32,000 nt of DNA from Dickeya dadantii NCPPB 898 (GCF_000406145.1 NZ_CM001976.1:1390729-1422728), one strand, 5' to 3'. Shown: positions 1 to 10,216, numbered from the stretch's first letter. The notes: generated by a model not told the origin, from the sequence alone. Numbers and translations: made by a program.

Positions 1-227
1 TCGGTCACGGCAGCCCGGTGCGGCTGATGGATTTCGTGACCGCGCTGGAGTCGGCGCTGGGGCGGGAAGCAGTAAAAAACTTCATGCCGATGCAGGCCGG
101 CGACGTTTATCAGACCTATGCCGATACCAGCGACCTGTTCGCTGTGACAGGCTATCGACCGCAGGTAGGGGTGGAAAAAGGGGTACAGGCCTTCGTGGAC
201 TGGTACCGGGATTTCTATCAGGCCTGA
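1..227 (+). CDS. NAD-dependent epimerase/dehydratase, UDP-glucuronate 4-epimerase-like (C-terminal fragment; 5' end outside window)
   Basis: Frame 3 is open from the window edge to TGA 225-227. The tail ...GDVYQTYADTSDL...FVDWYRDFYQA resembles the C-termini of enterobacterial Uge/CapI-type epimerases. It lies directly upstream of ugd. Confidence 0.75.
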   Translation, partial: GHGSPVRLMDFVTALESALGREAVKNFMPMQAGDVYQTYADTSDLFAVTGYRPQVGVEKGVQAFVDWYRDFYQA

Positions 228-245
228 GCGAAATAAAGAGAAATT

Positions 246-309
246 TATACCCAAAATAATTCGAGTTGCAGGAAAGCCAACGCACCTGCAACGTTGAAGT
301 ATGACGGGG
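246..309 (+). repeat. Short-form ERIC/IRU element (central ~60 bp deleted)
   Basis: tatacccaaaataattcgagttgcagg...cctgcaacgttgaagtatgacgggg matches both termini of the full copy at 5438-5563 but lacks its core. Confidence 0.8.
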
Positions 310-403
310 ATAGACGGCATTACGCAGCGGACGTCTCTGCGGCTTTGCTATTGTTCTGTGACGGGTACAGTGTGTTACCCCGTAGGATGAATGTGGACAG
401 ATG

Positions 404-1570
404 ATGAAAATTGCAATTGCGGGTACCGGTTATGTTGGCTTGTCCAACGCCATGCTGCTGGCGCAGCATAATGAAGTGGTCGCGGTGGATATCGTCGCCG
501 AAAAAGTGGACATGCTCAACAAAGGCATCTCCCCCATCGTGGATAAGGAAATCGAAGCCTATCTGCGTAACCCGGCGCTGAATTTTCGCGCCACGCTGGA
601 CGCCGAATCCGCCTATCAGGATGCGGAGTTCGTTATTATCGCCACCCCGACGGATTACGATCCGAAAACCAATTACTTCAACACCCGCTCGGTGGAAGCG
701 GTGATCGGCAAGGTGCTGGAAGTGAATCCGCACGCGGTGATGATCATCAAATCCACCATCCCGGTGGGATATACCGCGCAGGTCCGCGAGCAGTTCGGCA
801 CGGAAAATATCATTTTCTCGCCGGAGTTCCTGCGTGAAGGCCGCGCGCTGTACGACAATCTGTACCCGTCCCGTATCGTGGTGGGTGAGCGTTCCGAGCG
901 CGCCGAGCGTTTTGCCCGACTGCTGGTGGAAGGGGCCATCAAAACCAATATCCCGGTGCTGTTTACCGGTTTAACCGAAGCCGAAGCGATCAAACTGTTC
1001 GCCAATACCTATCTGGCGATGCGCGTGGCCTACTTTAACGAGCTGGATACCTACGCCCAGACCCTGGGGCTGGACAGCAAACAGATCATCGAAGGCGTTG
1101 GGCTGGACCCGCGTATCGGCCAGCACTACAACAACCCGTCGTTCGGCTATGGCGGCTACTGCCTGCCGAAGGATACCAAGCAACTGCTGGCTAACTACGA
1201 ATCGGTGCCGAACAACCTGATTCGGGCGATTGTCGACGCCAACACCACCCGTAAGGATTTCGTCGCCGATTCCGTGCTCAAACGTAATCCGAAAATCGTC
1301 GGTATCTACCGGCTGGTGATGAAAACCGGGTCCGACAACTTCCGCGCCTCCGCGATTCAGGGGGTAATGAAGCGTATCAAAGCCAAAGGGATCGATGTGG
1401 TGGTGTATGAGCCGGCGCTGAAAGAGTCGGAGTTCTTCCGCTCCCGCGTGATTCATAATCTGGATGAATTTAAACAGATGTCCGACGTGATTCTGTCGAA
1501 CCGAATGGCGCCGGAATTGTCTGATGTAATGGAAAAAGTATATACCCGCGATCTCTTCGGCGCCGATTAG
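404..1570 (+). CDS. ugd: UDP-glucose 6-dehydrogenase
   Basis: [21 protein letters not shown]... carries an N-terminal Rossmann GxGxxG motif. Length (388 aa) and sequence are collinear with E. coli Ugd. An alternative ATG lies at 401. Confidence 0.95.
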   Translation: MKIAIAGTGYVGLSNAMLLAQHNEVVAVDIVAEKVDMLNKGISPIVDKEIEAYLRNPALNFRATLDAESAYQDAEFVIIATPTDYDPKTNYFNTRSVEAVIGKVLEVNPHAVMIIKSTIPVGYTAQVREQFGTENIIFSPEFLREGRALYDNLYPSRIVVGERSERAERFARLLVEGAIKTNIPVLFTGLTEAEAIKLFANTYLAMRVAYFNELDTYAQTLGLDSKQIIEGVGLDPRIGQHYNNPSFGYGGYCLPKDTKQLLANYESVPNNLIRAIVDANTTRKDFVADSVLKRNPKIVGIYRLVMKTGSDNFRASAIQGVMKRIKAKGIDVVVYEPALKESEFFRSRVIHNLDEFKQMSDVILSNRMAPELSDVMEKVYTRDLFGAD

Positions 1571-1653
1571 GTGTATTCTGGCGCCAGAAAAATTAATGTG
1601 ACGCGGTCTTTGTCGTCGCGGCAAACAGCAGCATGTTTTTGAGAGAACACGAA

Positions 1654-2550
1654 ATGACAGCATTAAAAGCGATTATCCCCGTTGCCGGTTTAGGGATGAA
1701 CTTGTTACCGGTTACCAAAGCGATTCCAAAAGAGATGCTTCCGTTGGTTGACCGGCCGGTGATCGAAAAGATTGTCAACGAGTGCGTCAATGCGGGGATT
1801 AAAGAGATCGTGCTGGTGACGCACGCCTCTAAAAACGCCATTGAAAACCATTTTGATACCTCTTTCGAGCTGGAGTCGATGCTGGAAGAGCGCGCCAAGC
1901 GTCAGTTGCTGGCGGAAGTTCAGTCCATTTGCCCGCCGGGCGTGACCATCATGAACGTGCGTCAGGGGCAGACGCTGGGCCTGGGGCACGCCGTGTCCTG
2001 CGCCCATCCGATCGTCGGCAACTCGCCGTTTGTGGTGGTGCTGCCGGATGTGGTGATGGATGACGCTTCCGCCGATCAGTCGAAAGACAATCTGGCGCTG
2101 CTGATCTCCCGTTTTAAAGAAACCGGACACAGCCAGGTGCTGGTAAAACACCGTCCGTACGAGGTGCTGCCGGAATATTCCATCGTGGAATGCGAGAAAG
2201 CGTTGAATCAGGCGGGCGACGCGTCGGCGATCACCTCCATGATCGAGAAACCGGAACTGGCGCCGGTGGAAGGTTCGGACCTGTCCGCGGTCGGGCGTTA
2301 TGTTCTGACTGCCGAAGCCTGGCCGATTCTGGAAAACACCCTGGCGGGCGCGTGGGGTCGTATCCAACTGACCGACGCTATCGCTGAGCTGATCAAAACC
2401 CAGCAGGTTGATGCCGTTCAGATGGCGGGGCGTAGCTTCAACTGCGGCCGTAAGATGGGCTACGTGCAGGCATTCGTGTCCTACGGCCTGCGCAATCCGG
2501 AACTGGGCAGCGCTTTCAAAACCAAAATCAAGGCGCTGCTGAACAAATAA
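1654..2550 (+). CDS. galF: UTP-glucose-1-phosphate uridylyltransferase-like regulatory subunit GalF
   Basis: [30 protein letters not shown]... The GLGM motif (GalU has GLGTR) and [16 protein letters not shown] are GalF-type. The track start at 1633 adds 7 unsupported residues. Confidence 0.9.
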   Translation: MTALKAIIPVAGLGMNLLPVTKAIPKEMLPLVDRPVIEKIVNECVNAGIKEIVLVTHASKNAIENHFDTSFELESMLEERAKRQLLAEVQSICPPGVTIMNVRQGQTLGLGHAVSCAHPIVGNSPFVVVLPDVVMDDASADQSKDNLALLISRFKETGHSQVLVKHRPYEVLPEYSIVECEKALNQAGDASAITSMIEKPELAPVEGSDLSAVGRYVLTAEAWPILENTLAGAWGRIQLTDAIAELIKTQQVDAVQMAGRSFNCGRKMGYVQAFVSYGLRNPELGSAFKTKIKALLNK

Positions 2551-2566
2551 TTAATAAGCGGACCAC

Positions 2567-2599
2567 ACCCGATAATACGCTGGTGTTATCGGGTTTTTT
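2567..2599 (+). terminator. Rho-independent terminator after galF
   Basis: acccgataa / ttatcgggt stem followed by a T6 run. Confidence 0.8.
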
Positions 2600-2739
2600 C
2601 TGGCTAAATTCCAAATCGTTAGTTGAATCATTAATTACAAGATAATTTATTATATTGTTTTTGTTTTTATTCGGTTAATCCGAAAAAGGTTATTTTTTGC
2701 CAGCGATTGCTGACTTTCTTACACACACATAGCATTGCA

Positions 2740-3729
2740 ATGAAAAAGATAAATAAGATTCTGATGGTCTGCCCGACAGGGTATGGGACGACCAAAAACG
2801 GACGCGATCTGGCCGAAGCGTTCGTTTCTCTGGGGTATGAGGTTCATCTGGCAGACAGCGACTGCCGGCCGCTAATGCAGGCGTTGACGCCTAAGTTCAT
2901 GCGCAGCAAGCTGTTTTCCGAGCAGTGCCGGCTCTATTTTAATGAGCGCTTGCTGAAACAGTGCGCCATGCTGCGCCCGGATATGGTTTTCGCGATAAAG
3001 CCGGTCAATATGTTTGCCGAGACGGTCAAAGCGATTTCCAATATGGGGATATTGACCTGCGGTTACTGGATTGACGACCCGCTGGATTTTGATCGTTCGG
3101 TGATTGCATCTGCGCCGTTTGATATTTTCTTTACCAACGATCGCGGGTCGGTGGCTAATTATGCGCGGCACGGTATCAAGGCCCGGCATTTACCTTCGGC
3201 CGTCAACCCGACGCTGTTTTATCCTCTGAAGAAGGCGACGCCGCGTTATTCGCTGAGCTTTGTCGGCACCTTTGTCGAATATCGACGTAATGTGCTTAAC
3301 CAGGTTGCCGAACCGGTGCATGCTTTCGGTCCAGGCTGGAAAAAACAGACTCAATCGAACGACCGGGTCATCCCGATGCCGGAAGTGTTCGGTAAAAAAA
3401 CCAATCGAGTGTTCAACCTGAGCCATATCAACCTCAATGTCCACACCTGGAATGGGGTCGGCACCGCCATGAATCTGCGGTTGTTTGAAGTCCCGGCGGC
3501 CGGCGGTTTTCTGTTGACCGACTGGGTGGATGAAATCGGGGAGTATTTCACCCCCGGCGTGAATATCGAAACCTGGCGCTGTGTCGACGAACTGAATGAC
3601 AAAATTCGCTTTTATCAGCAACAGCCGACCATTCGGGAAAAGATCACCGTATCGTCGCGTGAACATGTGCTGAAGAACCATCTTTATCGGCAACGTTGCC
3701 AACAGATTCTGGCCGATATCGCCTGCTGA
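2740..3729 (+). CDS. CgeB-family / Glyco_trans_1_2-type glycosyltransferase-like protein
   Basis: The C-terminal RLFEVPAAGGFLLTDWVDEIGEYF...IRFY region is typical of CgeB/YkvP-like glycosyltransferase C-domains. The ATG at 2740 (MKKINKILMV) is preferred over the TTG at 2707. The gene is preceded by about 140 bp of AT-rich DNA. Confidence 0.6.
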   Translation: MKKINKILMVCPTGYGTTKNGRDLAEAFVSLGYEVHLADSDCRPLMQALTPKFMRSKLFSEQCRLYFNERLLKQCAMLRPDMVFAIKPVNMFAETVKAISNMGILTCGYWIDDPLDFDRSVIASAPFDIFFTNDRGSVANYARHGIKARHLPSAVNPTLFYPLKKATPRYSLSFVGTFVEYRRNVLNQVAEPVHAFGPGWKKQTQSNDRVIPMPEVFGKKTNRVFNLSHINLNVHTWNGVGTAMNLRLFEVPAAGGFLLTDWVDEIGEYFTPGVNIETWRCVDELNDKIRFYQQQPTIREKITVSSREHVLKNHLYRQRCQQILADIAC

Positions 3730-3740
3730 AGCCTGTCACT

Positions 3741-3782
3741 ACGTACGACCCTGTCTGATACGTACGACCCTGTCTGACGTAC
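3741..3782. repeat. Tandem direct repeat, about 19 bp x 2.2
   Basis: acgtacgaccctgtctga | tacgtacgaccctgtctga | cgtac, between the glycosyltransferase and gnd. Confidence 0.85.
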
Positions 3783-3951
3783 AACAGAGTGACGAGCTAC
3801 GCCCATGCACCGCGCCATGGGCGTGGACTCCCTGCCTGTTGCACCAATAACTACCCACCCGGCGTTAGCTGGGTTACCATGTCAGCCTGCTTTTTGTTGC
3901 CTGGGGCGCAATCAGCCGCAGGCAGGTTACCTTCAGACAGGAGTTGTTTTA

Positions 3952-5358
3952 ATGTCCAAACAGCAAATTGGCGTTGTCGGTATGGCGGTAATGGGGCGCA
4001 ATCTGGCGCTGAACATTGAAAGCCGTGGCTATACCGTTTCCGTCTTTAACCGTTCCGCAGACAAAACGGATGAGGTGATTGCAGAGAACCCAGGAAAAAA
4101 ACTGGTGCCGTGCTACACCGTTGAAGAGTTTGTTGAATCTCTGGAAAAACCGCGCCGTATCCTGTTGATGGTTAAAGCGGGCGAAGCGACGGATAAAACT
4201 ATCGAGTCCCTGAAACCGTATCTGGAAAAGGGCGACATCCTGATCGACGGCGGCAACACGTTCTATAAAGATACTATTCGTCGTAACCGTGAACTGTCTG
4301 CCGAAGGGTTCAACTTCATCGGTACCGGCGTGTCCGGCGGTGAAGAAGGCGCGCTGAAAGGTCCGTCCATTATGCCGGGCGGTCAGAAAGAAGCTTATGA
4401 GCTGGTGGCGCCGATTCTGGAGCAGATTGCCGCTCGCGCCGAAGGCGAGCCTTGCGTGACCTATATTGGCGCTGACGGCGCCGGCCACTATGTGAAAATG
4501 GTGCACAACGGCATTGAGTACGGCGACATGCAGCTGATCGCCGAAGCCTACGCGCTGCTGAAGCAGGCGCTGGGGCTTTCCAACGAAGAACTGGCGAGCA
4601 CCTTCTCCGGGTGGAACAAGGGCGAACTGAGTAGCTATCTGATCGAGATCACGGCCGATATCTTCACCAAGAAAGACCAAGAAGGTAAATACCTGGTCGA
4701 CGTGATTCTGGACGAAGCCGCCAACAAAGGCACCGGCAAGTGGACCAGCCAAAGCTCGCTGGATCTGGGCGAACCGCTGTCCCTGATTACCGAATCGGTG
4801 TTTGCCCGTTACCTGTCCTCGCTGAAGAACCAGCGTGTGGCGGCCTCTAAAGTGCTGAGCGGTCCGGTTGCTCAGGCATTCAGCGGCGACAAAGCCGAAT
4901 TCGTCGAAAAAGTGCGTCGCGCGCTGTATCTGGGCAAAATCGTCTCCTATGCGCAGGGTTTCTCCCAGCTGAAAGCGGCGTCTGACGAAAACAACTGGAG
5001 CCTGAACTACGGCGAAATCGCCAGGATTTTCCGTGCCGGTTGCATCATCCGCGCTCAGTTCCTGCAGAAGATCACCGACGCTTACGCCGAGAACGCCGCT
5101 ATCGCCAATCTGCTGCTGGCGCCGTATTTCCGCCAGATCGCCGACGAATACCAGCAGGCGCTGCGTGACGTGGTGTCCTATGCGGTGCAGCAGGGTATTC
5201 CGACCCCGACCTTCTCGGCGGCGATTGCCTATTATGACAGCTACCGTTCAGCGGTATTACCGGCCAATTTGATTCAGGCCCAGCGCGATTATTTCGGCGC
5301 GCATACCTATAAGCGTATTGATAAAGAAGGCGTATTCCACACCGAATGGTTGGAATAA
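3952..5358 (+). CDS. gnd: 6-phosphogluconate dehydrogenase, decarboxylating
   Basis: [35 protein letters not shown]... is 468 aa and collinear with E. coli Gnd. SD caggag lies at 3938-3943. The track ORF start at 3805 is a spurious upstream extension. Confidence 0.97.
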   Translation: MSKQQIGVVGMAVMGRNLALNIESRGYTVSVFNRSADKTDEVIAENPGKKLVPCYTVEEFVESLEKPRRILLMVKAGEATDKTIESLKPYLEKGDILIDGGNTFYKDTIRRNRELSAEGFNFIGTGVSGGEEGALKGPSIMPGGQKEAYELVAPILEQIAARAEGEPCVTYIGADGAGHYVKMVHNGIEYGDMQLIAEAYALLKQALGLSNEELASTFSGWNKGELSSYLIEITADIFTKKDQEGKYLVDVILDEAANKGTGKWTSQSSLDLGEPLSLITESVFARYLSSLKNQRVAASKVLSGPVAQAFSGDKAEFVEKVRRALYLGKIVSYAQGFSQLKAASDENNWSLNYGEIARIFRAGCIIRAQFLQKITDAYAENAAIANLLLAPYFRQIADEYQQALRDVVSYAVQQGIPTPTFSAAIAYYDSYRSAVLPANLIQAQRDYFGAHTYKRIDKEGVFHTEWLE

Positions 5359-5384
5359 TATTCTGACATATTTTTCACATCCTG

Positions 5385-5414
5385 AAACCGGGTAGAAATA
5401 TCCGGTTTTTCTTT
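5385..5414 (+). terminator. Rho-independent terminator after gnd
   Basis: aaaccgg / ccggttt stem followed by a T-run. Confidence 0.7.
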
Positions 5415-5437
5415 CTCAATATCTCCCCTCTAATAAC

Positions 5438-5563
5438 TATACCCAAAATAATTCGAGTTGCAGGTAGGCGGTAAGAGAGTGAATCCCGATGAGCTTACAC
5501 AGGTAAGTGATTCGGGTGAGCGAGCGCAGCCAACACACCTGCAACTTGAAGTATGACGGGTGT
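5438..5563 (+). repeat. Full-length ERIC/IRU element (126 bp)
   Basis: Contains the ERIC core gtgaatcccgatgagcttacacaggtaagtgattcgggtgagcg, flanked by the conserved inverted termini tatacccaaaataattcgagttgcagg / cctgcaacttgaagtatgacggg. Confidence 0.9.
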
Positions 5564-5858
5564 AAGACTTTTCCGAGAATATTTCATCTCATTGTAACTA
5601 ATGGGGAAAATATAACGAACTTGCGACTTGTCTTATTTCCTTAATCGTTCAATTTTGTTTTTCTTATTCTTTATATGAGTATTGGTTCGGATCCTTCCCA
5701 TACGCTGGTGATTATTTCATGTAAGGATGAATTGAAATAATTGCTTCACAGGCCGTGAGGAAGATCCAACCTGGCTGATTAATTCGGCCAGTCGTGGGGC
5801 AGGGGAGATCTTTCGGGTTGTTTCCTGCCTGATGTCCTTAAACAGGAAATAAAAGGAA

Positions 5859-6143
5859 ATGGTTATGATGAAGAAAACGCTAGCGATCCTGGTACTGGCT
5901 CTGGCCGTACCTGTGGGCGCACTGGCGGCTGGACCGTCAGCTGTCAACGGTCCGCCCACTTTCAAAACTGGCGGTACCGTGGCTGGTGCATCCGCGTTTA
6001 GTGCGGCGAATGGCCGGGGGGCGGGTCATGGCTATGGCGGCGGGGTTGGTCGTTCTGTCATGGCAGGCGTCCTTTCCACTGCCACCAGCACGAACAGCTC
6101 TACCGCAACCAGCACCTCAACCGTGACGACAACTCGCGGTTAA
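5859..6143 (+). CDS. yjbE: YjbE-like secreted Ser/Thr/Gly-rich protein
   Basis: Signal peptide MKKTLAILVLALAVPVGALAA, then a low-complexity G/A/S/T-rich body ending in STATSTSTVTTTRG. It is the first gene of a yjbEFGH-ordered cluster. The true start may be ATG 5865 or 5868 (SD aagga at 5853-5857). Confidence 0.75.
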   Translation: MVMMKKTLAILVLALAVPVGALAAGPSAVNGPPTFKTGGTVAGASAFSAANGRGAGHGYGGGVGRSVMAGVLSTATSTNSSTATSTSTVTTTRG

Positions 6144-6159
6144 TGATGGGCTAATAACC

Positions 6160-6184
6160 AAGGCCACTCCGGTGGCCTTTTTTC
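6160..6184 (+). terminator. Intrinsic terminator/attenuator between yjbE and yjbF
   Basis: aaggccac-tccg-gtggcctt stem-loop followed by T6. Confidence 0.8.
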
Positions 6185-6216
6185 TGCTTCAGGATGTTCA
6201 GGCGAGAACCCGAACA

Positions 6217-6891
6217 ATGAAAAAAATCCTTGATTTAGCCTTGTTACGGATGTTGGCGGTCGTTTTCTTCATGCTGGGACTGACAGGGTGTTCTCAGCAA
6301 ATCAGTCAACTGGGCCGGGATTTTCGGCTGGCGTTGTGGGGACGGCAAGATGTCAGCATGACGCCGCAGCAGGTGGAGCAGCTTCCCTATGCTTCAGCGT
6401 ATCTGAAAGTGGGTAAAGCGCCGCGCGTCTTTGTGGTGCTGGCGTTTGCCGATAACCAGCAACTGAAATGGGTGACGGCGGATAAAAATAGGGTGGTGAC
6501 CCGCTTTGGCCGGTTGGTGAAAACGCAGGGGTTGGGTGAAGACATTGAGCAGGTCACTGAACTGGATACCGACCCGCTCAGTCTCGGTTTGCTGAAACCC
6601 GGCACCCCGAAACGCTGGCACACCATCGTTAGTTGGTCGCAGGTGTTGCGCGGCGGCTACGACCTGCAGTCGGAATTCGAAAATAAAGGTCCGGAAACCC
6701 TGACGATATTGAATACGCCCCGGCGGACGGTGCGTTTCGACGAACAGGTGACCGTACCGGCGCTGGGCAAACGCTATACCAACCAATACTGGCTGGACCC
6801 GACCTCCGGTCAGGTTATCCAAAGTTATCAGTATATGGGGCCAAACATGGCTCTGGTGCAGTTCACCGTTCTTAAGCCATACAATCAATAA
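6217..6891 (+). CDS. yjbF: YjbF-family outer-membrane lipoprotein
   Basis: MKKILDLALLRMLAVVFFMLGLTGC has a lipobox (LTGC). Size and position match YjbF/GfcB. The track start at 6172 (GTG) lies inside the upstream terminator. Confidence 0.8.
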   Translation: MKKILDLALLRMLAVVFFMLGLTGCSQQISQLGRDFRLALWGRQDVSMTPQQVEQLPYASAYLKVGKAPRVFVVLAFADNQQLKWVTADKNRVVTRFGRLVKTQGLGEDIEQVTELDTDPLSLGLLKPGTPKRWHTIVSWSQVLRGGYDLQSEFENKGPETLTILNTPRRTVRFDEQVTVPALGKRYTNQYWLDPTSGQVIQSYQYMGPNMALVQFTVLKPYNQ

Positions 6892-6900
6892 GGTAATTTT

Positions 6901-7680
6901 ATGTTGTCATTCAATCGATTGGCTGCCTTGTTATTGCTGGTGGCCGGAGCATCAGGGGCGGCGCAGTTAACGGTAAAGTATGCGGGCGAAACCTTGCCCG
7001 CCGTGGTGCTGAAAGACGGCACCCGTCTGGATCAGTTCTACGGCCAGACGGCTTTTCCGGACAAGGCCAACTGGCAAACTGCGTTACTCACCAACGAACG
7101 TGTAACGGAAAAGGTCAGAGAAAAGGGAGAAAAGCTGCAGGCCAGACTCTATCAGTTGCAACTGGTCTGGCAGGCCGAGGGCGATGGCGACTGGGCGATC
7201 GCCGCCTGGTATATGGCGCAGGCGCTGAAGCAGGTCAATACCGTCGGCCGAATCCGCGCCAGCATCGACCCGGATATCGTGCGTCTTTCTCCGCGGGATA
7301 ATCGCCCGCTGGTGGGCAACTATACCCTCTACCTGTCACCCTATCGGGATCAGTTCTTCTTGTTCGGGCTGATCAGCACCGGCGTTGATATCGGCACCCC
7401 GAACGTGTTCAAGGATATTGACCTCCAGTCAGGCTGGTCTGTCGAACAGTACATCGGTAGACGGCGTTTTCTGCCTGGCGGCGATAACCGCGACGGTTAT
7501 CTGATTGCGGGCAACGGCCACTGGCGCAAAGTCCCGCTCGCTGTCTGGAACCGCCAGCACAATGAACCGGCGGCGGGAGAAACGCTGTTCATCGGTTTTG
7601 ACCCTTCCATTCTGCCAGAGGGCTTTACGTCTCTGAATGAGCAGATCGCCGACTATCTTGCCAACCGGATCCCACACTAA
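6901..7680 (+). CDS. yjbG: YjbG / GfcC-family capsule biosynthesis protein
   Basis: Signal peptide MLSFNRLAALLLLVAGASGAAQ, SD aaggt upstream, and position between yjbF and yjbH. Confidence 0.75.
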   Translation: MLSFNRLAALLLLVAGASGAAQLTVKYAGETLPAVVLKDGTRLDQFYGQTAFPDKANWQTALLTNERVTEKVREKGEKLQARLYQLQLVWQAEGDGDWAIAAWYMAQALKQVNTVGRIRASIDPDIVRLSPRDNRPLVGNYTLYLSPYRDQFFLFGLISTGVDIGTPNVFKDIDLQSGWSVEQYIGRRRFLPGGDNRDGYLIAGNGHWRKVPLAVWNRQHNEPAAGETLFIGFDPSILPEGFTSLNEQIADYLANRIPH

Positions 7681-9821
7681 TGGCTAACAACAGAACTTTT
7701 AAACTGAGCTGTCTGTCGCTGGCGATTGGCAGCACATTAGGGACGCCGGTCTGGGCGGCTGAGGTGGATAACCAGGATGCGGCGAACCGCAGCGGTTATT
7801 ACCAGCCCGCCGGCGTGTCGCAGATGGATTTTGGCGGCGTCGGGCTATGGCAGATGCCGACGGCGCGGATGGCGGATACCGGCGAGTTTAGCGCCAGCTA
7901 CCGCGATAACGAGGAATATCGCCGCTACGCCATTTCACTGCAGCCGCTCGACTGGCTGGAGGCGACGCTGCGGTATACCGATATTCGCACCCGGCCTTAC
8001 AGCAACTCGCCCAGCTTCAGCGGCAACCAGACCTATAAGGATAAGAGCTTCGACGTCAAAGCGCGTCTGTGGCAGGAAAGCCTCTGGTTGCCGCAGGTGT
8101 CGCTGGGGCTGCGCGATATCGCCGGTACTGGCCTGTTCGACAGCGAATATCTGGTGGCCAGCAAGCGCTGGGGGCCGTTCGATTTCACGCTGGGTATGGG
8201 CTGGGGCAATATGGCGCAGAGCGGCAACATTACTAATCCGGCCTGCCGGCTGGCGTCGGGATTCTGTACCCGTTCCGCCTCAACGCAGACCGGTCAGTTC
8301 GCGGCGAAGAACTTTTTCCACGGACCGGCGGCGCTGTTTGCCGGGCTGGAATACCAGACGCCGTGGGATCCGTTGCGTATCAAGCTGGAGTACGACAGTA
8401 ATGACTACAGCCTGGAGGCGGCGGATCAAACTCGTCCTGCATCGCAGCATATCAAGCAGGACTCGCCGGTTAACGTCGGTCTGGTGTACCGCGCTACCGA
8501 TTGGCTTGACACCTCGCTGTCGTGGGAGCGCGGCAACACCCTGATGTGGGGCTTCACGTTGCGCACCAACTTCAACCGGCTACGACCGCAGCACCCGGAC
8601 GACGAGCCGCCGGTTTATATGCCGGTGAAAAATGCGCAGGGCGGCACCGACTGGCAACGCGTTTCACAGGAGCTGGACGAGAAGGCTGGCTTTGCCCAAC
8701 CGGATATTTATAGCGACGGCCAGCAGGTGACGGTGGTAGCGGAGCAGTATAAATATAACAGCGATGCCGAGGCCAGCCGGCGGGCGGCGACGGTTTTGGC
8801 GAACCATTTGCCGGACAGCGTCGGGCAGTATCACATCGTCACCCGCAGCGGCCCGCTGACCTCCACCAGCACCCGTGTGGATGCGTCGGCGTTCCGTCAG
8901 CTGGAGTCCGGCAGTACGCCACTGGGGCTGGACGAGCCGGACCCCTATCATGTCGAGCCGCTGCCGGAGCCGAGTGGTCGTCAGGTTCTGCATACCGAGC
9001 CGCCGCGTTTTTCCTACGGCATCGACCCCTCGCTGCAACAGTCGTTCGGCGGCCCGGAATCGTTCTATATGTATCAGCTGTCGGCCAACGCCAGCGCCGA
9101 TTACCGTATTACGAATAACTGGCGGCTGGGGGGCACGGTGAACGTCAACCTGCTCAACAACTATGATCAGTTCAACTTCAAATCACCCCCGCAGGACGGT
9201 GCGGCGTTGCCGCGGGTCCGTACCCATATTCGTGAGTATGTGACCTCTTCAGACGTGCTGCTGACCAACCTGCAACTGTCGCGTTACGATCATCTGTCGC
9301 GCGACTGGTATACCCAGGTCTACGGCGGTTATCTGGAAATGATGTACGCCGGCGTCGGTGGCGAAGTGCTGTATCGGCCGTTTGGCAGCAGTTGGGCGGT
9401 GGGGATGGATGTTAACTACGTCAAGCAGCGAGACTGGGACGACCCGCAGCGCCTGAGAGATTACAGCGTGACCACCGGTCACCTGACCACCTACTGGTCG
9501 CTGCCGTTCGTCAAAGGCGGGCTGGCGAAAATCAGCGTCGGGCGCTATCTGGCCGGCGATAAAGGCGTCACACTGGATCTGTCGCGCCGTTTCGACAGCG
9601 GCATCGTGGCCGGCGCGTTTGCCACCGTCACCAATGTCAGCGCCAGCGAATATGGCGAAGGCAGTTTCACCAAAGGGATCTACTTCACTATCCCGTTCGA
9701 CCTGCTCTTCAGTTCACCGACTACCCGTCACGGCTCCATCGGCTGGGTGCCGTTGACCCGCGACGGCGGTCAGATGCTGGATCGGCGCGACGTGCTGTAT
9801 AACATGGTAGACCGGGAATAG
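7680..9821 (+). CDS. yjbH: YjbH / GfcD-family outer-membrane beta-barrel protein
   Basis: 713 aa with a signal peptide ...GTPVWAAE and an aromatic-rich beta-barrel-like composition. TAATG start/stop overlap with yjbG. It is the last gene of the yjbEFGH order. Confidence 0.8.
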   Translation: MANNRTFKLSCLSLAIGSTLGTPVWAAEVDNQDAANRSGYYQPAGVSQMDFGGVGLWQMPTARMADTGEFSASYRDNEEYRRYAISLQPLDWLEATLRYTDIRTRPYSNSPSFSGNQTYKDKSFDVKARLWQESLWLPQVSLGLRDIAGTGLFDSEYLVASKRWGPFDFTLGMGWGNMAQSGNITNPACRLASGFCTRSASTQTGQFAAKNFFHGPAALFAGLEYQTPWDPLRIKLEYDSNDYSLEAADQTRPASQHIKQDSPVNVGLVYRATDWLDTSLSWERGNTLMWGFTLRTNFNRLRPQHPDDEPPVYMPVKNAQGGTDWQRVSQELDEKAGFAQPDIYSDGQQVTVVAEQYKYNSDAEASRRAATVLANHLPDSVGQYHIVTRSGPLTSTSTRVDASAFRQLESGSTPLGLDEPDPYHVEPLPEPSGRQVLHTEPPRFSYGIDPSLQQSFGGPESFYMYQLSANASADYRITNNWRLGGTVNVNLLNNYDQFNFKSPPQDGAALPRVRTHIREYVTSSDVLLTNLQLSRYDHLSRDWYTQVYGGYLEMMYAGVGGEVLYRPFGSSWAVGMDVNYVKQRDWDDPQRLRDYSVTTGHLTTYWSLPFVKGGLAKISVGRYLAGDKGVTLDLSRRFDSGIVAGAFATVTNVSASEYGEGSFTKGIYFTIPFDLLFSSPTTRHGSIGWVPLTRDGGQMLDRRDVLYNMVDRE

Positions 9822-9853
9822 CCCGTTGTGGCGCTGGGTTACCCGGCCAAGAC

Positions 9854-9884
9854 GCAGCGCCTCCCGAAAAACGGGAGGCGCTGC
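9854..9884 (+). terminator. 13-bp GC-rich hairpin downstream of yjbH (possible terminator, no T-run)
   Basis: gcagcgcctcccg-aaaaa-cgggaggcgctgc is a perfect stem 33 nt after the yjbH stop. Confidence 0.4.
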
Positions 9885-10216
9885 CGGCATCAGGATTGAG
9901 GCTGTAAGGGCGAGGGGGAGCAGCGATCGATTGCAGAAAGGCAGTTCGGACACCATCTGGAAAATTCCTCGCAGCGCCTGGCTGTTTGCGCTGTCGTTCA
10001 ATCTTTCTACCGCCAGCGTCGGCGACTATCTGGATACGCGCGAACTGAAGCTGGTCAGTTGCTGATCCCGGGTGGCGTGTAAAGAAGGCGATCGTTTTGC
10101 GAAAGTGGTTCGTAATCAATATAACCGTCTGTAAATAAGCGGTTTTTTAGGAATGAGCGACTTGTCGCTTCCTGGCCGGTTTCTTATGATGCACCCAGTC
10201 GAAACTGAGGTGAATC

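Noticed and set aside
971-1663. Long antisense ORFs opposite well-identified genes (for example 971-1663, 1705-2367, 3949-4752, 18976-19695, 21574-22344, 22420-23337, 24085-24693, 29439-30401 and 30215-31147).
   Set aside because: All lie opposite genes with strong family matches. They are Arg/His/Gln/Pro-rich with no recognisable motifs, which is typical of stop-poor shadow frames in GC-rich coding DNA.
3805-3951. 49-codon N-terminal extension of gnd suggested by the ORF track, plus the overlapping 3789-4019 ORF.
   Set aside because: The canonical Gnd N-terminus [10 protein letters not shown] begins at 3952 with an SD (caggag). The extension has no homology and a Cys/Pro-rich nonsense composition.
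5462-5472. ggcggtaag, resembling the ops/JUMPstart core (GGCGGTAG) upstream of a polysaccharide operon.
   Set aside because: It is an integral part of the ERIC consensus (its reverse complement recurs in the 26743 copy) and is imperfect, so it is not an independent ops element.
9826-10149. About 300 bp of unassigned DNA after yjbH. A 79-aa track ORF (or a 44-aa TTG-initiated version) ends at 10065, and a weak hairpin plus T-run at 10123-10149 suggests a possible small gene or sRNA.
   Set aside because: There is no ATG or convincing SD, the protein is unrecognisable, and the terminator stem is only about 6 bp with a wobble pair. That is not enough to call a feature, but it would be worth a look in RNA-seq data.
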